From NCBI GenBank assembly GCA_965229085.1, contig OZ245859.1, positions 1,140,207 through 1,204,206 of the forward strand: a stretch of DNA of 64,000 nucleotides, given 5' to 3'. Below are positions 28,688-38,516 of the stretch, piece after piece. Below the pieces are notes generated by a model. The model was not told the origin of the DNA, searched no databases, and saw only the letters and a program-made list of their open reading frames with translations. The translations under genes were made by a program, and so were the position numbers. This DNA comes from Kaistia sp. (GTDB lineage: Bacteria > Pseudomonadota > Alphaproteobacteria > Rhizobiales > Kaistiaceae). Position 1 is the stretch's first letter. Every line of letters starts with the position of its first letter.

Positions 28688-30466
28688 TCAGCCGCGTGAA
28701 CGCAACGCGGCATCCAGCGCTTCGGTCATGGCCTTCAAGGTCACGAAGGTCGAGGCTGCACCGGGGTCGATGTGACCGATCGAGCGATCGCCGAGCTTTG
28801 CGGCCCGGCCACGGCGCGCGGCGATCGTTGCGGTTGCGTTCATCCCGGCCTCGGCTCCAGCCGTCGCAGCCTGCATGGTCTCGAGCGACGAGGCACCCTT
28901 CGCGACGGCTTCCCTCGCCCGCTCGGCTGCCGGAACCCAGGCATCGACCATCGTCTTGTCGCCGGGCTCCGTGCGGCCGCGCTCGCGAATGCCGCCGGAC
29001 GCAGCCTCGATCCAGGCCGCAACCGCGTTGGCATCGAGGTTCAGGCGATCGCTGACGGCTGTGCCAGCGCGCAGGAATGCCGTCGCATAGAGCGGCCCCG
29101 ACGACGCACCGACAGCATCGAGGAACGTCTTGGCCATCCGCTTGCACGTCGCTTCGATCGTCTCGCCTTCGGGCGCGGCCGCCAGAGCCTTCGCGACAGC
29201 CGTCCAGCCGATCTCCATGGTGACGCCGTGATCGCCGTCGCCGATGACGCCGTCGAGCTCGCTCAGCCAATCGCGCTTGGCGATGATGGCGAGGCCGACA
29301 TTCTCCATCATGCGGCGGAAGATGGCCGGCGTGATGTCGCCGGATGTCTTCAAGGGCAGATCCGAGGCAGCAGATCCGTCCGACGCCGCGTCGGCACGCA
29401 TCGCCGTGCTGCTTGCATGAGCCGAGTGGCGTCCTGAGGCCTGCGCGAGCGTCTCGCCCACCCTGAGGGCAACGCTGTGGCAGGGATGATCAAGCAGCGG
29501 CTTCAATTCCGCATCGAGCTTCATCAGCGTGATGGAGGCGCCGGCCATTTCAAGCGAGGTCGCGTATTCGCCGACCCAGCTATGATGGATACGGATGCCC
29601 CGCTCTTCGAGCAGCAGGCGCGCCTTCCTGTGAAGGAGGTAAAGCTCGATATAGGTCGTGGCGCCGAGGCCGTTGACCAGCAGCGCAACTTCGTCGCCTG
29701 CGGCAATCGTCAGATCCGCGAGGATCGTCTCGACAAGATCCGTTGCAACCTCGTCGGCACTTTCGATATGCGCGCGACGAACGCCCGGCTCGCCATGCAG
29801 GCCCATGCCGATTTCCATCTCGTCGTCGCCGATCTCAAAATTCAGCTTGCCCGTCTGCGGCAGGGAACAGGCAGACAGCGCGACGCCCATGGTGCGCGTC
29901 ATGGCGTTGGCATGGCGGGCGAGCCGGTACACTTCGTCGATGCCCATCATGCGGTCGGACGCAGCGCCAGCCACCTTGAAAACGAAGAAATCGCCCGCAA
30001 TCCCTCGCCGCTCGCCAATGCGGTCCTTAGGCGCCGATGCGACGTCGTCGGTCACCGCGATGCTGCGCACGGGCGTGCCGCCGCGGCTCAGCTCGTCGAC
30101 GGCCATGTCGAAGTTCATGACGTCGCCGTTATAGTTGCCATAGAGGAAGACGATGCCGGCTCCGTTGTCGACCTGGCGCGCCGCATCGAGAATGAAAGCG
30201 GGCGACGGCGACGCAAAGACGTTCCCGATGGCGCTGGCATCAGCGAGCCCGCGCCCGACATAGCCGGCAAAGGCAGGCTCGTGTCCGGAGCCGCCGCCGA
30301 CGACGACGCCGACCTTCCCCGCGCGGGGACCATTGACCGCGACAATGGCGCGGCCCGTCGTTCCCGCACCGCGCAGGATGTCGGGATGGGCACCGAGCAT
30401 GCCCTCGATCATTTCCGGGATGATGCGATCAACCGCGTTGATCAGCTTCTTGGTCTTTGAGGTCAT
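28688..30466 (-). CDS. Fused DhaK-DhaL (DAK1/DAK2) ketose kinase #1 (triose/tetrulose kinase family)
   Basis: GGGSGHEP, NYNGD, GLHGEPG; DhaL part GDGDHG, GPLY, GDKTMVD, GRAAKLG, DPGA. Confidence 0.9.
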   Translation of the reverse strand: MTSKTKKLINAVDRIIPEMIEGMLGAHPDILRGAGTTGRAIVAVNGPRAGKVGVVVGGGSGHEPAFAGYVGRGLADASAIGNVFASPSPAFILDAARQVDNGAGIVFLYGNYNGDVMNFDMAVDELSRGGTPVRSIAVTDDVASAPKDRIGERRGIAGDFFVFKVAGAASDRMMGIDEVYRLARHANAMTRTMGVALSACSLPQTGKLNFEIGDDEMEIGMGLHGEPGVRRAHIESADEVATDLVETILADLTIAAGDEVALLVNGLGATTYIELYLLHRKARLLLEERGIRIHHSWVGEYATSLEMAGASITLMKLDAELKPLLDHPCHSVALRVGETLAQASGRHSAHASSTAMRADAASDGSAASDLPLKTSGDITPAIFRRMMENVGLAIIAKRDWLSELDGVIGDGDHGVTMEIGWTAVAKALAAAPEGETIEATCKRMAKTFLDAVGASSGPLYATAFLRAGTAVSDRLNLDANAVAAWIEAASGGIRERGRTEPGDKTMVDAWVPAAERAREAVAKGASSLETMQAATAGAEAGMNATATIAARRGRAAKLGDRSIGHIDPGAASTFVTLKAMTEALDAALRSRG

Positions 30467-30560
30467 CGGGGATTCCGTCCAGACGGGCGTGGGCGAGGCA
30501 TGAAGTGAGGGTGGCCAGCTTGCCGCGCGCTCCCGGATGGGGCCGGCGCGCGTTGGCCGG

Positions 30561-31526
30561 CTAGATCGTTTCCTTGCGCAGATAGCGCCGCGAGATCGCA
30601 TCGAAAGAAATGGCCAGAACGACGATGGCGCCGCTGACGATACCCTGCCAGTAGGGCGACACGCCGAACAGCACGATGATGTTCTCGATGATGCCGATGA
30701 TGCAGGCGCCGAAGATGGCGCCGAGCGGCGTTCCGATACCGCCCGTCGTCGCCACGCCGCCAATGACGGCCGCGGCGATCGGTGCAAGCACCCAGGTCTC
30801 GCCGATGGAGGGCTGCGCCGTGCCGAGGCGCGCAACCATCAAGATGCCGGCAAGAGCCGACAGAAACCCGGCCAGCGTGAAGACCAGCACCCGGATGCGA
30901 TTGACCTTGATGCCGAGCATTCGCGCGGCGGCGGCGTTGTTGCCGATGGCATACATATAGCGCCCGAAGGGTGTCTTCGCCGCGAGGAAGGTCACGATTA
31001 CCAGCGCGATCAACATGATCACGAAGGGAACCGGCAGGCCAAGGATGTCACCGCGGCCGAGAAACTGAATCTCCTTGGGAATGCCGGTGATGGCAACGCC
31101 GCGCGTCAGCACAAGGTTGGCGCCGCCGATGACGCCGGCCGTGCCGATGGTGAGGACGAGGGAATGCAGTCCGAGCGCGGACACCAGAAAGCCGTTGAAG
31201 AACCCGAGCGCTGCGCCGAGCGCGAGTGCGAGCGGCAGGGCGACAATCGGCGGCCAGCCGAATGTCACCATCAACATGCCCGCCACGACACCGCAAAGAC
31301 CGCCGACCACGCCCAGCGAAAGATCGAGCTCTCCGATGATCATCAGACTGGCCTGGCCGATGGTCACCAGACCGACGAATGCCAGAGCCCTTGCGACGAC
31401 CGACAGATTGTATCCGGTCAGAAAATAGGGCGACAACAGCGCGGATATGCCGAAAATCACCACGAGAATGACGAACACGCCGGCGAGAGGGTTGGTCGCC
31501 AGTGCGGAAAAGAGCCTACGCAGCAT
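30561..31526 (-). CDS. CUT2 sugar ABC permease (RbsC-like)
   Basis: GELDLSLG, TPFGRYMYAIGNN, AAVIGG. Confidence 0.9.
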   Translation of the reverse strand: MLRRLFSALATNPLAGVFVILVVIFGISALLSPYFLTGYNLSVVARALAFVGLVTIGQASLMIIGELDLSLGVVGGLCGVVAGMLMVTFGWPPIVALPLALALGAALGFFNGFLVSALGLHSLVLTIGTAGVIGGANLVLTRGVAITGIPKEIQFLGRGDILGLPVPFVIMLIALVIVTFLAAKTPFGRYMYAIGNNAAAARMLGIKVNRIRVLVFTLAGFLSALAGILMVARLGTAQPSIGETWVLAPIAAAVIGGVATTGGIGTPLGAIFGACIIGIIENIIVLFGVSPYWQGIVSGAIVVLAISFDAISRRYLRKETI

Positions 31527-33021
31527 TCTTATGGCCTTTCGCACCGAAAATGGCGCCAACGAGGGTTTCATTGTCCGTTGTCGCAGTGACGAACTCACCG
31601 CTGATGACGCCTGAATGCATCGTGATGATGCGCGTCGAGCATTTGCGCAGTTCTGTCATTTCGGACGATATCAGGATGATGCCGATGCCATCCTCCGCCA
31701 AAGTCTTCATGATGCGGTATATTTCCGCTTTGGTTCGTACATCGATTCCCTTGGTGGGCTCGTCGAAGATGATCAGCTTCGGCCGGCGCGCCATTGCCCG
31801 TCCGATGATGGCTTTTTGCTGGTTGCCGCCCGAGAGATGAGCGATCTCCTTGGCCATGCTCGACGTCTTGATGCCATAGGCGGCGATCACGTCGGCGACG
31901 GCCGCCTTTTCCTTCCGCGCGGAGATGCTGAACCCGGCTGTCTGGTCGTGAATGGCCATGCCGATATTGTCGCGCAGCGACATCTTGGCGAAGATGCCGT
32001 GATGCTTGCGCTCTTCTGACAGGTAGATCATCCCGGCCTTGACCGATATCGCAGGGTCGCCCAGCCGCAGCGGCTCGCCGCAGAAGCGCACCGAACCCGA
32101 CTTTGCCTTTCGGAAGCCGAAAATGGTCTGCATCAGTTCCGATCGGCCCGCGCCGACCAGCCCGGCAAAGCCGAGGATCTCGCCGCGCTCCAGCATGAAA
32201 CTGGCATTGTTGAATTGCCGTCCGGTGAGCCCGTCGACCTCGAGGATCGGCCCACCCGATCGATCGAGCGCGACTTCCGGGCGAAATGTCGCGTCCAGCC
32301 GCAGAATTTCGCCGGACATCGCCTGGATCAGCCCCTCGACATCCGTATCGGCGATCCGCCCCGCGGTGACCTTCTCGCCATTGCGCAGGACCGTGTAGTC
32401 GTCGCCAATCTCGAAGACTTCATCCATCTTGTGGGAGATGAAGACGATCGCAAGGCCAGCATCGCGAAAGCCTCGCACGACTTTGAACACACGCTCGACT
32501 TCGGTCGGCGTAAGAGACGATGTCGGCTCGTCGAGAAAAAGGACTTTCATTTCCTTATTGGTCGACGCGCGCGCGATCTGCAGCAATTGCTGGTCCGGCA
32601 CGGATATGGTGCGGACGAGGTCGGTCGGCTTGGCGCGAATTCCAAAGCGATCCAGATAGTCCTTTGCCTCTGCCTCGATCTTCCGCCGATGAAACAGGGC
32701 GCCGCCATGGCCGGTCCGGCTGTAAGGCAGGAAGAGGTTCTCGGCGACGCTCATATGCGGGAACAGGCTGAGTTCCTGCGGCACATAAGCGATGGTGCGG
32801 AAGAGATCGGGAACGGTAGCCGGATCGCGTCCATCGATCGAGAGCGTCCCGCGGCTCGGCGCATAGGCACCCGTCAGGAGCTTGACGAGGGTCGACTTCC
32901 CTGCCCCGTTTTCGCCGGCGAGAATATGAACGCGCCCAAGCTCGATCGCTATATCGACATTGTCGAGAGCCGTGACGCCCGGAAAGTCACGGCCAAGATT
33001 CCTGGCTTCCAGATAGGCCAT
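31516..33021 (-). CDS. CUT2 sugar ABC ATPase (RbsA-like)
   Basis: GENGAGKST, DEPT, SGGNQQK, SSEMTEL. Confidence 0.93.
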   Translation of the reverse strand: MAYLEARNLGRDFPGVTALDNVDIAIELGRVHILAGENGAGKSTLVKLLTGAYAPSRGTLSIDGRDPATVPDLFRTIAYVPQELSLFPHMSVAENLFLPYSRTGHGGALFHRRKIEAEAKDYLDRFGIRAKPTDLVRTISVPDQQLLQIARASTNKEMKVLFLDEPTSSLTPTEVERVFKVVRGFRDAGLAIVFISHKMDEVFEIGDDYTVLRNGEKVTAGRIADTDVEGLIQAMSGEILRLDATFRPEVALDRSGGPILEVDGLTGRQFNNASFMLERGEILGFAGLVGAGRSELMQTIFGFRKAKSGSVRFCGEPLRLGDPAISVKAGMIYLSEERKHHGIFAKMSLRDNIGMAIHDQTAGFSISARKEKAAVADVIAAYGIKTSSMAKEIAHLSGGNQQKAIIGRAMARRPKLIIFDEPTKGIDVRTKAEIYRIMKTLAEDGIGIILISSEMTELRKCSTRIITMHSGVISGEFVTATTDNETLVGAIFGAKGHKNAA

Positions 33022-33133
33022 CGCATCACCCCGGATCGATCTAGGTAAAATCGAGTCACTCCCGCCGCCGCAACGATACGACGGCAGGAGCGCACGAAGG
33101 AGGGGTTTCGCGTGTGCGTCACACCCCCACTTT

Positions 33134-34078
33134 TTACTTGGGGAGATTGTCCTTGTTCAGGACGGCGATGCCGGTGTCGATATATTTCGGCGTCGCGGCG
33201 CCGGTCGCCTTCTGCCACATCGTCATAACGGCCCAATAGCCCTGCATTTCGGGCTTGGTCGACGACGTGCTGTCGGCAACGCCGTCGCGGATCATCTGCA
33301 GCATCTCGGGCAGGTCATCCATGCCGACCAGCGTCACCTGGCCGGTCTTGCCGGCTTCCTTGATCGCCTGGCCGATGCCGATCGGACCGGACGCGTCAGA
33401 AGCAACCCAGCCCTTCAGGTTCGGATGAGCCTGCATGATGGCAGCCGCCTGCTTCTGCGCCTGCTCGATGTCGTCATTGTCGATGCCGGTCGCGACGACC
33501 TTGATCTTCGGATACTGGCTGAAGAACTTCTGGTGGCAATCGGCGCGGATCTTGTGGTTGGGAGCGCTCGGCACACCCATCATGATTGCGACTTCGCCTT
33601 CTTCCTTCAGAAGCTCGACGAGGCGGCGGGCAGCGATCTCGGCCTGCTCGCAGAAGTCATTGCCGATGCTGGTGAGATTCATATCGGCCGGCGCGACCGA
33701 ATCGAACACGGTCACCGGGATATTCTGACCGACCGCCTCTTCGAGCGAAGCGCGATTGCCGGCGGCGTCGAGAAGATCGATGGCGATACCATCGGGATGA
33801 GTCGCGATCGAGCTTTCGAGGATCTGGTTCTGCTGGACAACGTCCGCCTGCTGGGGCGCGCTGTAGTCAATGGTGATCTTGGAGCCCGTCTGTGCTTCGA
33901 TCGCCTTGGCGGCCTGCTTGGCTCCATTGTTCACCTTGTCGAACCAAGGATGAACAACCTTCGGAATAATGACGAAGCGATAGCTGTCCTTCTTGGTCAT
34001 GCCCTCATTACTTTGGGCAAAGGCGGCAGTCGAGACAAGCAAAGTTGCGGCAATAGCAAGCCGCACGGCATTCTTCAT
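33134..34078 (-). CDS. CUT2 sugar ABC substrate-binding protein
   Basis: Signal peptide; IPKVVHPWF; VFDS; family-2 periplasmic fold. Confidence 0.9.
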   Translation of the reverse strand: MKNAVRLAIAATLLVSTAAFAQSNEGMTKKDSYRFVIIPKVVHPWFDKVNNGAKQAAKAIEAQTGSKITIDYSAPQQADVVQQNQILESSIATHPDGIAIDLLDAAGNRASLEEAVGQNIPVTVFDSVAPADMNLTSIGNDFCEQAEIAARRLVELLKEEGEVAIMMGVPSAPNHKIRADCHQKFFSQYPKIKVVATGIDNDDIEQAQKQAAAIMQAHPNLKGWVASDASGPIGIGQAIKEAGKTGQVTLVGMDDLPEMLQMIRDGVADSTSSTKPEMQGYWAVMTMWQKATGAATPKYIDTGIAVLNKDNLPK

Positions 34079-34182
34079 GGTTTCCTCCCAAGAAAGACAA
34101 TGACCGGCTGTTGGCGCGGATATCGAGGCGTTGTGGGCTCGATAGAGCCCGGCCCGTCATTCACAAGAAGGACGCTATCATA

Positions 34183-34200
34183 TGTATTTTCGAAAATACA
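34183..34200. promoter_or_regulatory. Perfect 18-bp palindrome upstream of the CUT2/DAK operon
   Basis: TGTATTTTCGAAAATACA equals its own reverse complement; overlaps TATCATATGT (34176-34185). Confidence 0.6.
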
Positions 34201-34359
34201 AATATATTTCGGTCGACCGAGCGTCCTGACGCCCACACGTCGACGCGGTCGCCATTGCCGTGATCGCGGGCCGAGACGGCCAGCCGGCGATGTCGGCACC
34301 CGGCATGAAACCGGGTGCCGACAGGATGTGGGGCTCAGTTCAGCCGCCGATGGCGGCGC

Positions 34360-36411
34360 TCACCGCATCATCGCCGCGACATTGCCGCCGTCGACGGTCA
34401 GCACGGCCCCGGTCGACGCCCGTGACGTCAGCAGCGCCAGCCCTGCCTCGGCCACATCACGTGCCGTGACCTCGCGATGCAGCAGGTTGCCGCGCATATA
34501 GTGTTCGGGCGTGACGCCACGCGCCCGCGCGCGCTCGGCAACCATCGCATCGGTCATCAGGCCGGTGCGAATGCGGTCGGGGTTGATCGCATTGACCGTG
34601 ATCCCGTCGGCCGCATGCTCCAGCGCATACTGGCGCATGAGCGCCATGAGCGCAGCCTTCGAGGTGCCGTAGGGACCGAAGTCCGGCCCGGGATTGACGG
34701 CCTGCTTGCTGACATTGAAGAGGATGGCCCCGCCCGTCCCCTGCTTGCGCATCACCTGCACGACGGCGCGGGCGCAATAGTGATGCGCCCAGAAGTTGAG
34801 ATCGAACGCGGCTTTGAAGTCGCTGTTGGACACGTCGAGCAATGCCCCCTGCCATGCGGCGCCGGCATTGGAGACGAGGATATCGACCCCGCCGAACGCT
34901 TCGGCCACCCGCGCAATCGTGGCATCCACCGCGGCCGCATCCGTCAGGTCACAGGCAAGGCCGATGCCGCCGAGGCGCTTCGCCTCGCCTTCCACGCGCG
35001 CCGCGTCGATGTCGATCAGGGCGATTTCAGCGCCTTCGCTGCGCAGCAATTCCGCCATGGCAAGCCCGAGCCCGCCTGCCCCGCCCGTGATGACCGCGAC
35101 CTGGCGGGTCAGCGGCTTCTCGACCTGCTTGGCGAGCTTCGCCTGCTCAAGGGACCAGTATTCGATGTCGAACAGGTCCTCCTCCGAGAGAGCCTCGAAG
35201 CTGTCGATCCCCTCCGCGCCGCGGATCACGGCGATCGTCGCCTCGGCCACATCGGCGCCGATGCGCGCCGCCTTGCGGGTCGGGCCAGCGGCGAAGACGC
35301 CGAGACCCTCGACATAGAAGACCCTCGGCATCGGATCCAGCATCGTCTTGCCGCCACCGACGCGCTGGTTGTTGCGATCGAAATAGGCCTGATAGTCGGC
35401 CACGTAGTCGGCAATCCGGGCCTTGGCGATGTCTGCCCAACCAGCGAGATCGCCCGCTATGGGCGCCGGCAGGCTGATGCCGAACCGCTTGATGTGGATG
35501 ACGTGCTCGGGGGTCGCATTGCCGCGCCGCACGAGATCGCCAACATTCGGCGCCGCGCAGAAATCGAGGATGTCCGCATTGCTGCGGTGCTCCAGGACGA
35601 AGCGGCGCGGCCGCCCTTCCTGCTTGCCCGGCAGCGATATCGCGCCGCGCAGGATTGGAGCGATATCGGCCGGCGATGCGAGTGGCAGGGCGGGCGCGGA
35701 AGCCGTGCCAAAGGGCTTCGGATTGCCCTCCGCGATACGCCTTTCCGCGCGGTCGATCGCCTCGATCATCGCCTCATAGGCAACGCGCGGGTCTTCCGAC
35801 CATGTGAAGATCCCGTGCTTCAACAGGATCATTCCCGGCGCGTCGGGGCGCTCCGAAAACGCCTTGAGGCAGGCCTTCGACAGATCGAACCCAGGCATCA
35901 CATAGGGCACCACGATCATCTCGGGGAACAAGGCCCGTATGATCGCCTCGCCCCGCGGCTGGTTGGTCAGTGCGACGATGGCGTTGGCGTGGGTATGATC
36001 CACATGCCTGAACGGCAGGATCGCGTGCAGAATGGCCTCGACGGATGGATTGGGCGCGCTCGGATCGAGCAGCAGGCGCCGCTGCAGCATCACCATATCG
36101 TCGTCGGAAAGGCTCTCGTAGTTGACCATCGCCCGCAACGGTTCCAGGCGGAGCGCCGGCAGGCCGGGCGGCTCGATCTGGCCCATGTCCCAGCCGCTGC
36201 CCTTGACGCACAGCACCTCGACCGGCGTGCCGTCATGATCGTTCATGACTGTCTTGACGGATGTGTTGCCTCCGCCATGCAGCACCAGGTTGGGCTGCGA
36301 ACCAAGCAGGCGCGTCGTGTAGGTGCGGATGGCGACATCGCGGTTGATGCCCGCCTTCTCATAGCGCGAGACGACGGCTTCGAATTCGGCGTCAGACCAA
36401 CTGGATTTCAT
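34360..36411 (-). CDS. Bifunctional class II aldolase / short-chain dehydrogenase, paralog B
   Basis: Same motifs as paralog A (HGGGNTSVK, PSVEAILH, DHTHAN, NATPEHVIHIKR, YGTSK). Confidence 0.88.
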   Translation of the reverse strand: MKSSWSDAEFEAVVSRYEKAGINRDVAIRTYTTRLLGSQPNLVLHGGGNTSVKTVMNDHDGTPVEVLCVKGSGWDMGQIEPPGLPALRLEPLRAMVNYESLSDDDMVMLQRRLLLDPSAPNPSVEAILHAILPFRHVDHTHANAIVALTNQPRGEAIIRALFPEMIVVPYVMPGFDLSKACLKAFSERPDAPGMILLKHGIFTWSEDPRVAYEAMIEAIDRAERRIAEGNPKPFGTASAPALPLASPADIAPILRGAISLPGKQEGRPRRFVLEHRSNADILDFCAAPNVGDLVRRGNATPEHVIHIKRFGISLPAPIAGDLAGWADIAKARIADYVADYQAYFDRNNQRVGGGKTMLDPMPRVFYVEGLGVFAAGPTRKAARIGADVAEATIAVIRGAEGIDSFEALSEEDLFDIEYWSLEQAKLAKQVEKPLTRQVAVITGGAGGLGLAMAELLRSEGAEIALIDIDAARVEGEAKRLGGIGLACDLTDAAAVDATIARVAEAFGGVDILVSNAGAAWQGALLDVSNSDFKAAFDLNFWAHHYCARAVVQVMRKQGTGGAILFNVSKQAVNPGPDFGPYGTSKAALMALMRQYALEHAADGITVNAINPDRIRTGLMTDAMVAERARARGVTPEHYMRGNLLHREVTARDVAEAGLALLTSRASTGAVLTVDGGNVAAMMR

Positions 36412-36448
36412 GTTTGCTCTCTCTGGCAATCGCATCGCGCAACGCATA

Positions 36449-36512
36449 CGCCCACGGGACAATATGTCAATTGTCATGACATGATGACAATTGACATATT
36501 GTCCCGTGGGCG
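36449..36512. repeat. Perfect 29-bp inverted repeat with 6-bp spacer in a divergent promoter region
   Basis: CGCCCACGGGACAATATGTCAATTGTCAT (36449-36477) -GACATG- ATGACAATTGACATATTGTCCCGTGGGCG (36484-36512). Confidence 0.95.
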
Positions 36513-36574
36513 CGGTTGGCAGGCTAGGGATTCTGTGCCAAGAACCTGAGGTTGCGAGGGGGTTGATACAGCGC

Positions 36575-37537
36575 ATGACATCTGACGCGATCGTTCCGGC
36601 GGAGTTCGACGATGTCGTCGTCTGGGCGGCCTGGCTCTATTATGAAGAGCAGCTGAACCAGAGCGAGATCGCCGCGCAGCTCGGCGTGTCCCGCGCGACG
36701 ATCGTCAACTACTTGCAGGAAGCCCGCGAACGCGGCGCCGTACGCATTGTCATGAGCGCGGAGGTGATGGCGCGCAGCGGCGTGGCACGGGCGCTGGCGG
36801 CGCGTTTCGGGCTCGAGGAAGCGCTGGTTATTCCGCGCAATCCGAAGGCCGACGCCGGCGAGCGTCTTCCCGCGCTTGGAGCCGCCGGTGCGCGGCAGCT
36901 TGAACGCATGATCACGCCGGGCGAGACGATTTGCGTCTCCTGGGGGCGGACGGTCCTCGCCGTCGCCGATGCCATCGCGCTGTCCCGTCCTGTCGCGGGG
37001 CTGAGCGTCGTCCAGGTCACGGGCTCGGCGATGGGCAAACGGGAATTCTCGTCCGAGCTTTGCACGGCGATCATGGCGCGCAATCTTGGCGCGACCAGCT
37101 TCAACATGCATGCACCGGCGGTGCTGAGCAGCGCGGAACTCTGCCTTGCCCTGCGAAACGAGCCTGTCCTGCAGCATCAGTTCGATCTGATCCGGCAGGC
37201 AAAGACCATCGTCTTCGGCGTCGGTGGGTTGGGGCCTGAAAGCACGATGCGCTTTGCCGATGTGACAACGGACGCCGAAATCGACGCCTATGCGGCCAAC
37301 GGCGCGAAGGCTGTTCTGATCTGCCGCTTCCTCGACGCCGAGGGGCAACAGGTCACACGCGACTTCGACCGGCGCACGATCGGGATCGAACTGCCGGAGC
37401 TCCGCGCCATCCCGCGACGGCTCTGCGTCGCGGGCGGAACATGGAAGATCGACGCTCTGAAGGCGACGCTGAACGGCGGCTTTGCGACCCATCTCGTCAC
37501 CGATATGGAAACCGCCGAGGGGCTGCTTGCCAGTTAG
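36575..37537 (+). CDS. SorC/DeoR sugar-binding transcriptional regulator #3
   Basis: WAAWLYYEEQLNQSEIA, CVSWGRT, VAGG, LVTD. Confidence 0.92.
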   Translation: MTSDAIVPAEFDDVVVWAAWLYYEEQLNQSEIAAQLGVSRATIVNYLQEARERGAVRIVMSAEVMARSGVARALAARFGLEEALVIPRNPKADAGERLPALGAAGARQLERMITPGETICVSWGRTVLAVADAIALSRPVAGLSVVQVTGSAMGKREFSSELCTAIMARNLGATSFNMHAPAVLSSAELCLALRNEPVLQHQFDLIRQAKTIVFGVGGLGPESTMRFADVTTDAEIDAYAANGAKAVLICRFLDAEGQQVTRDFDRRTIGIELPELRAIPRRLCVAGGTWKIDALKATLNGGFATHLVTDMETAEGLLAS

Positions 37538-38478
37538 TGCCGGATCGGCGTCGTGTTCATGAAATCCAGCGTCTCCCGGAACGAACGGATACCGGCATCC
37601 GAGCCGAGGCCCGTCGCGACGAGCGCCGCCGAAGCCTGAGCGAAATTGAGCGCCGTCTTCAAATCCATCTTGTGATGGAGCGCGGTGATGAACCCGGCGT
37701 CGAACGCATCGCCGCAACCGGTCGTATCGACCACCTGAATGTCGAAGGCGGGCTGGCGAACCACCTGCCCGCCATGGTCCATGAAGCAGACGCCGTCGCC
37801 TCCTAGAGTGAAGACGCAGTGCTTCACACCCCGTTCAATGAAGAAGCGCCCGGCAGCCTCGACCTCGGCCTCGCCGGAAATCAGGCGCGCCTCTTCGATC
37901 GAGGGCATGAAGTAGTCAATATTGGCCAGAAGCGGCGCGATCAGCCCGAGCGTTCCCGGATTGGCGCCGAGGAGATCGAATGTCACGGTTCGTCCGCGGC
38001 GCTTGGCCTCGGCCAGCAACCGCGCGCTCGGCTCGCCATCGAGCTTTGCCAGCAGGCCGGTGCCCCCAAGATGGATGATCGGAGGGGCCAGCACAGCGTC
38101 CAGCGCCGCATCGGGGACCTCAAAGTGGTCGGACGCGCCGCGCTGATGCAGCGCCGGTCGATCGCCGTTTCGCCGGACGTTCAGGATCGTCGCGGATGTC
38201 GGAACACCCTTGAGCTGCTGCATCTGCCCGGTATCGACGCCGAACTTGCGGAGCGTCGACAGGACGAAGTCAGCCTTTTCGTCGTCCCCGACGGCGCCGA
38301 CGGCCAGGCAGTTCAGCCCGAGCTTGGCGAGATCGACGACGGTTCCGCCGGCCGTGCCAGCAACGGTCAGCCGGATTTCCTCTATGAACTCGACATTGCC
38401 GCCGGCAGGGATCGCATCGACAGGCCGCCCGAGCACATCAAGAATATAGAGACCGATGACCGAGACATCGTGGCTCAT
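37534..38478 (-). CDS. PfkB/ribokinase-family carbohydrate kinase
   Basis: AGTAGG, VGDDEKA, PSIEEA, VDTTGCGDAF. Confidence 0.9.
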   Translation of the reverse strand: MSHDVSVIGLYILDVLGRPVDAIPAGGNVEFIEEIRLTVAGTAGGTVVDLAKLGLNCLAVGAVGDDEKADFVLSTLRKFGVDTGQMQQLKGVPTSATILNVRRNGDRPALHQRGASDHFEVPDAALDAVLAPPIIHLGGTGLLAKLDGEPSARLLAEAKRRGRTVTFDLLGANPGTLGLIAPLLANIDYFMPSIEEARLISGEAEVEAAGRFFIERGVKHCVFTLGGDGVCFMDHGGQVVRQPAFDIQVVDTTGCGDAFDAGFITALHHKMDLKTALNFAQASAALVATGLGSDAGIRSFRETLDFMNTTPIRH

Positions 38479-38516
38479 GTTTTCCCCCAAAGATCAGTTG
38501 TGAGCTCCGCGACGGT

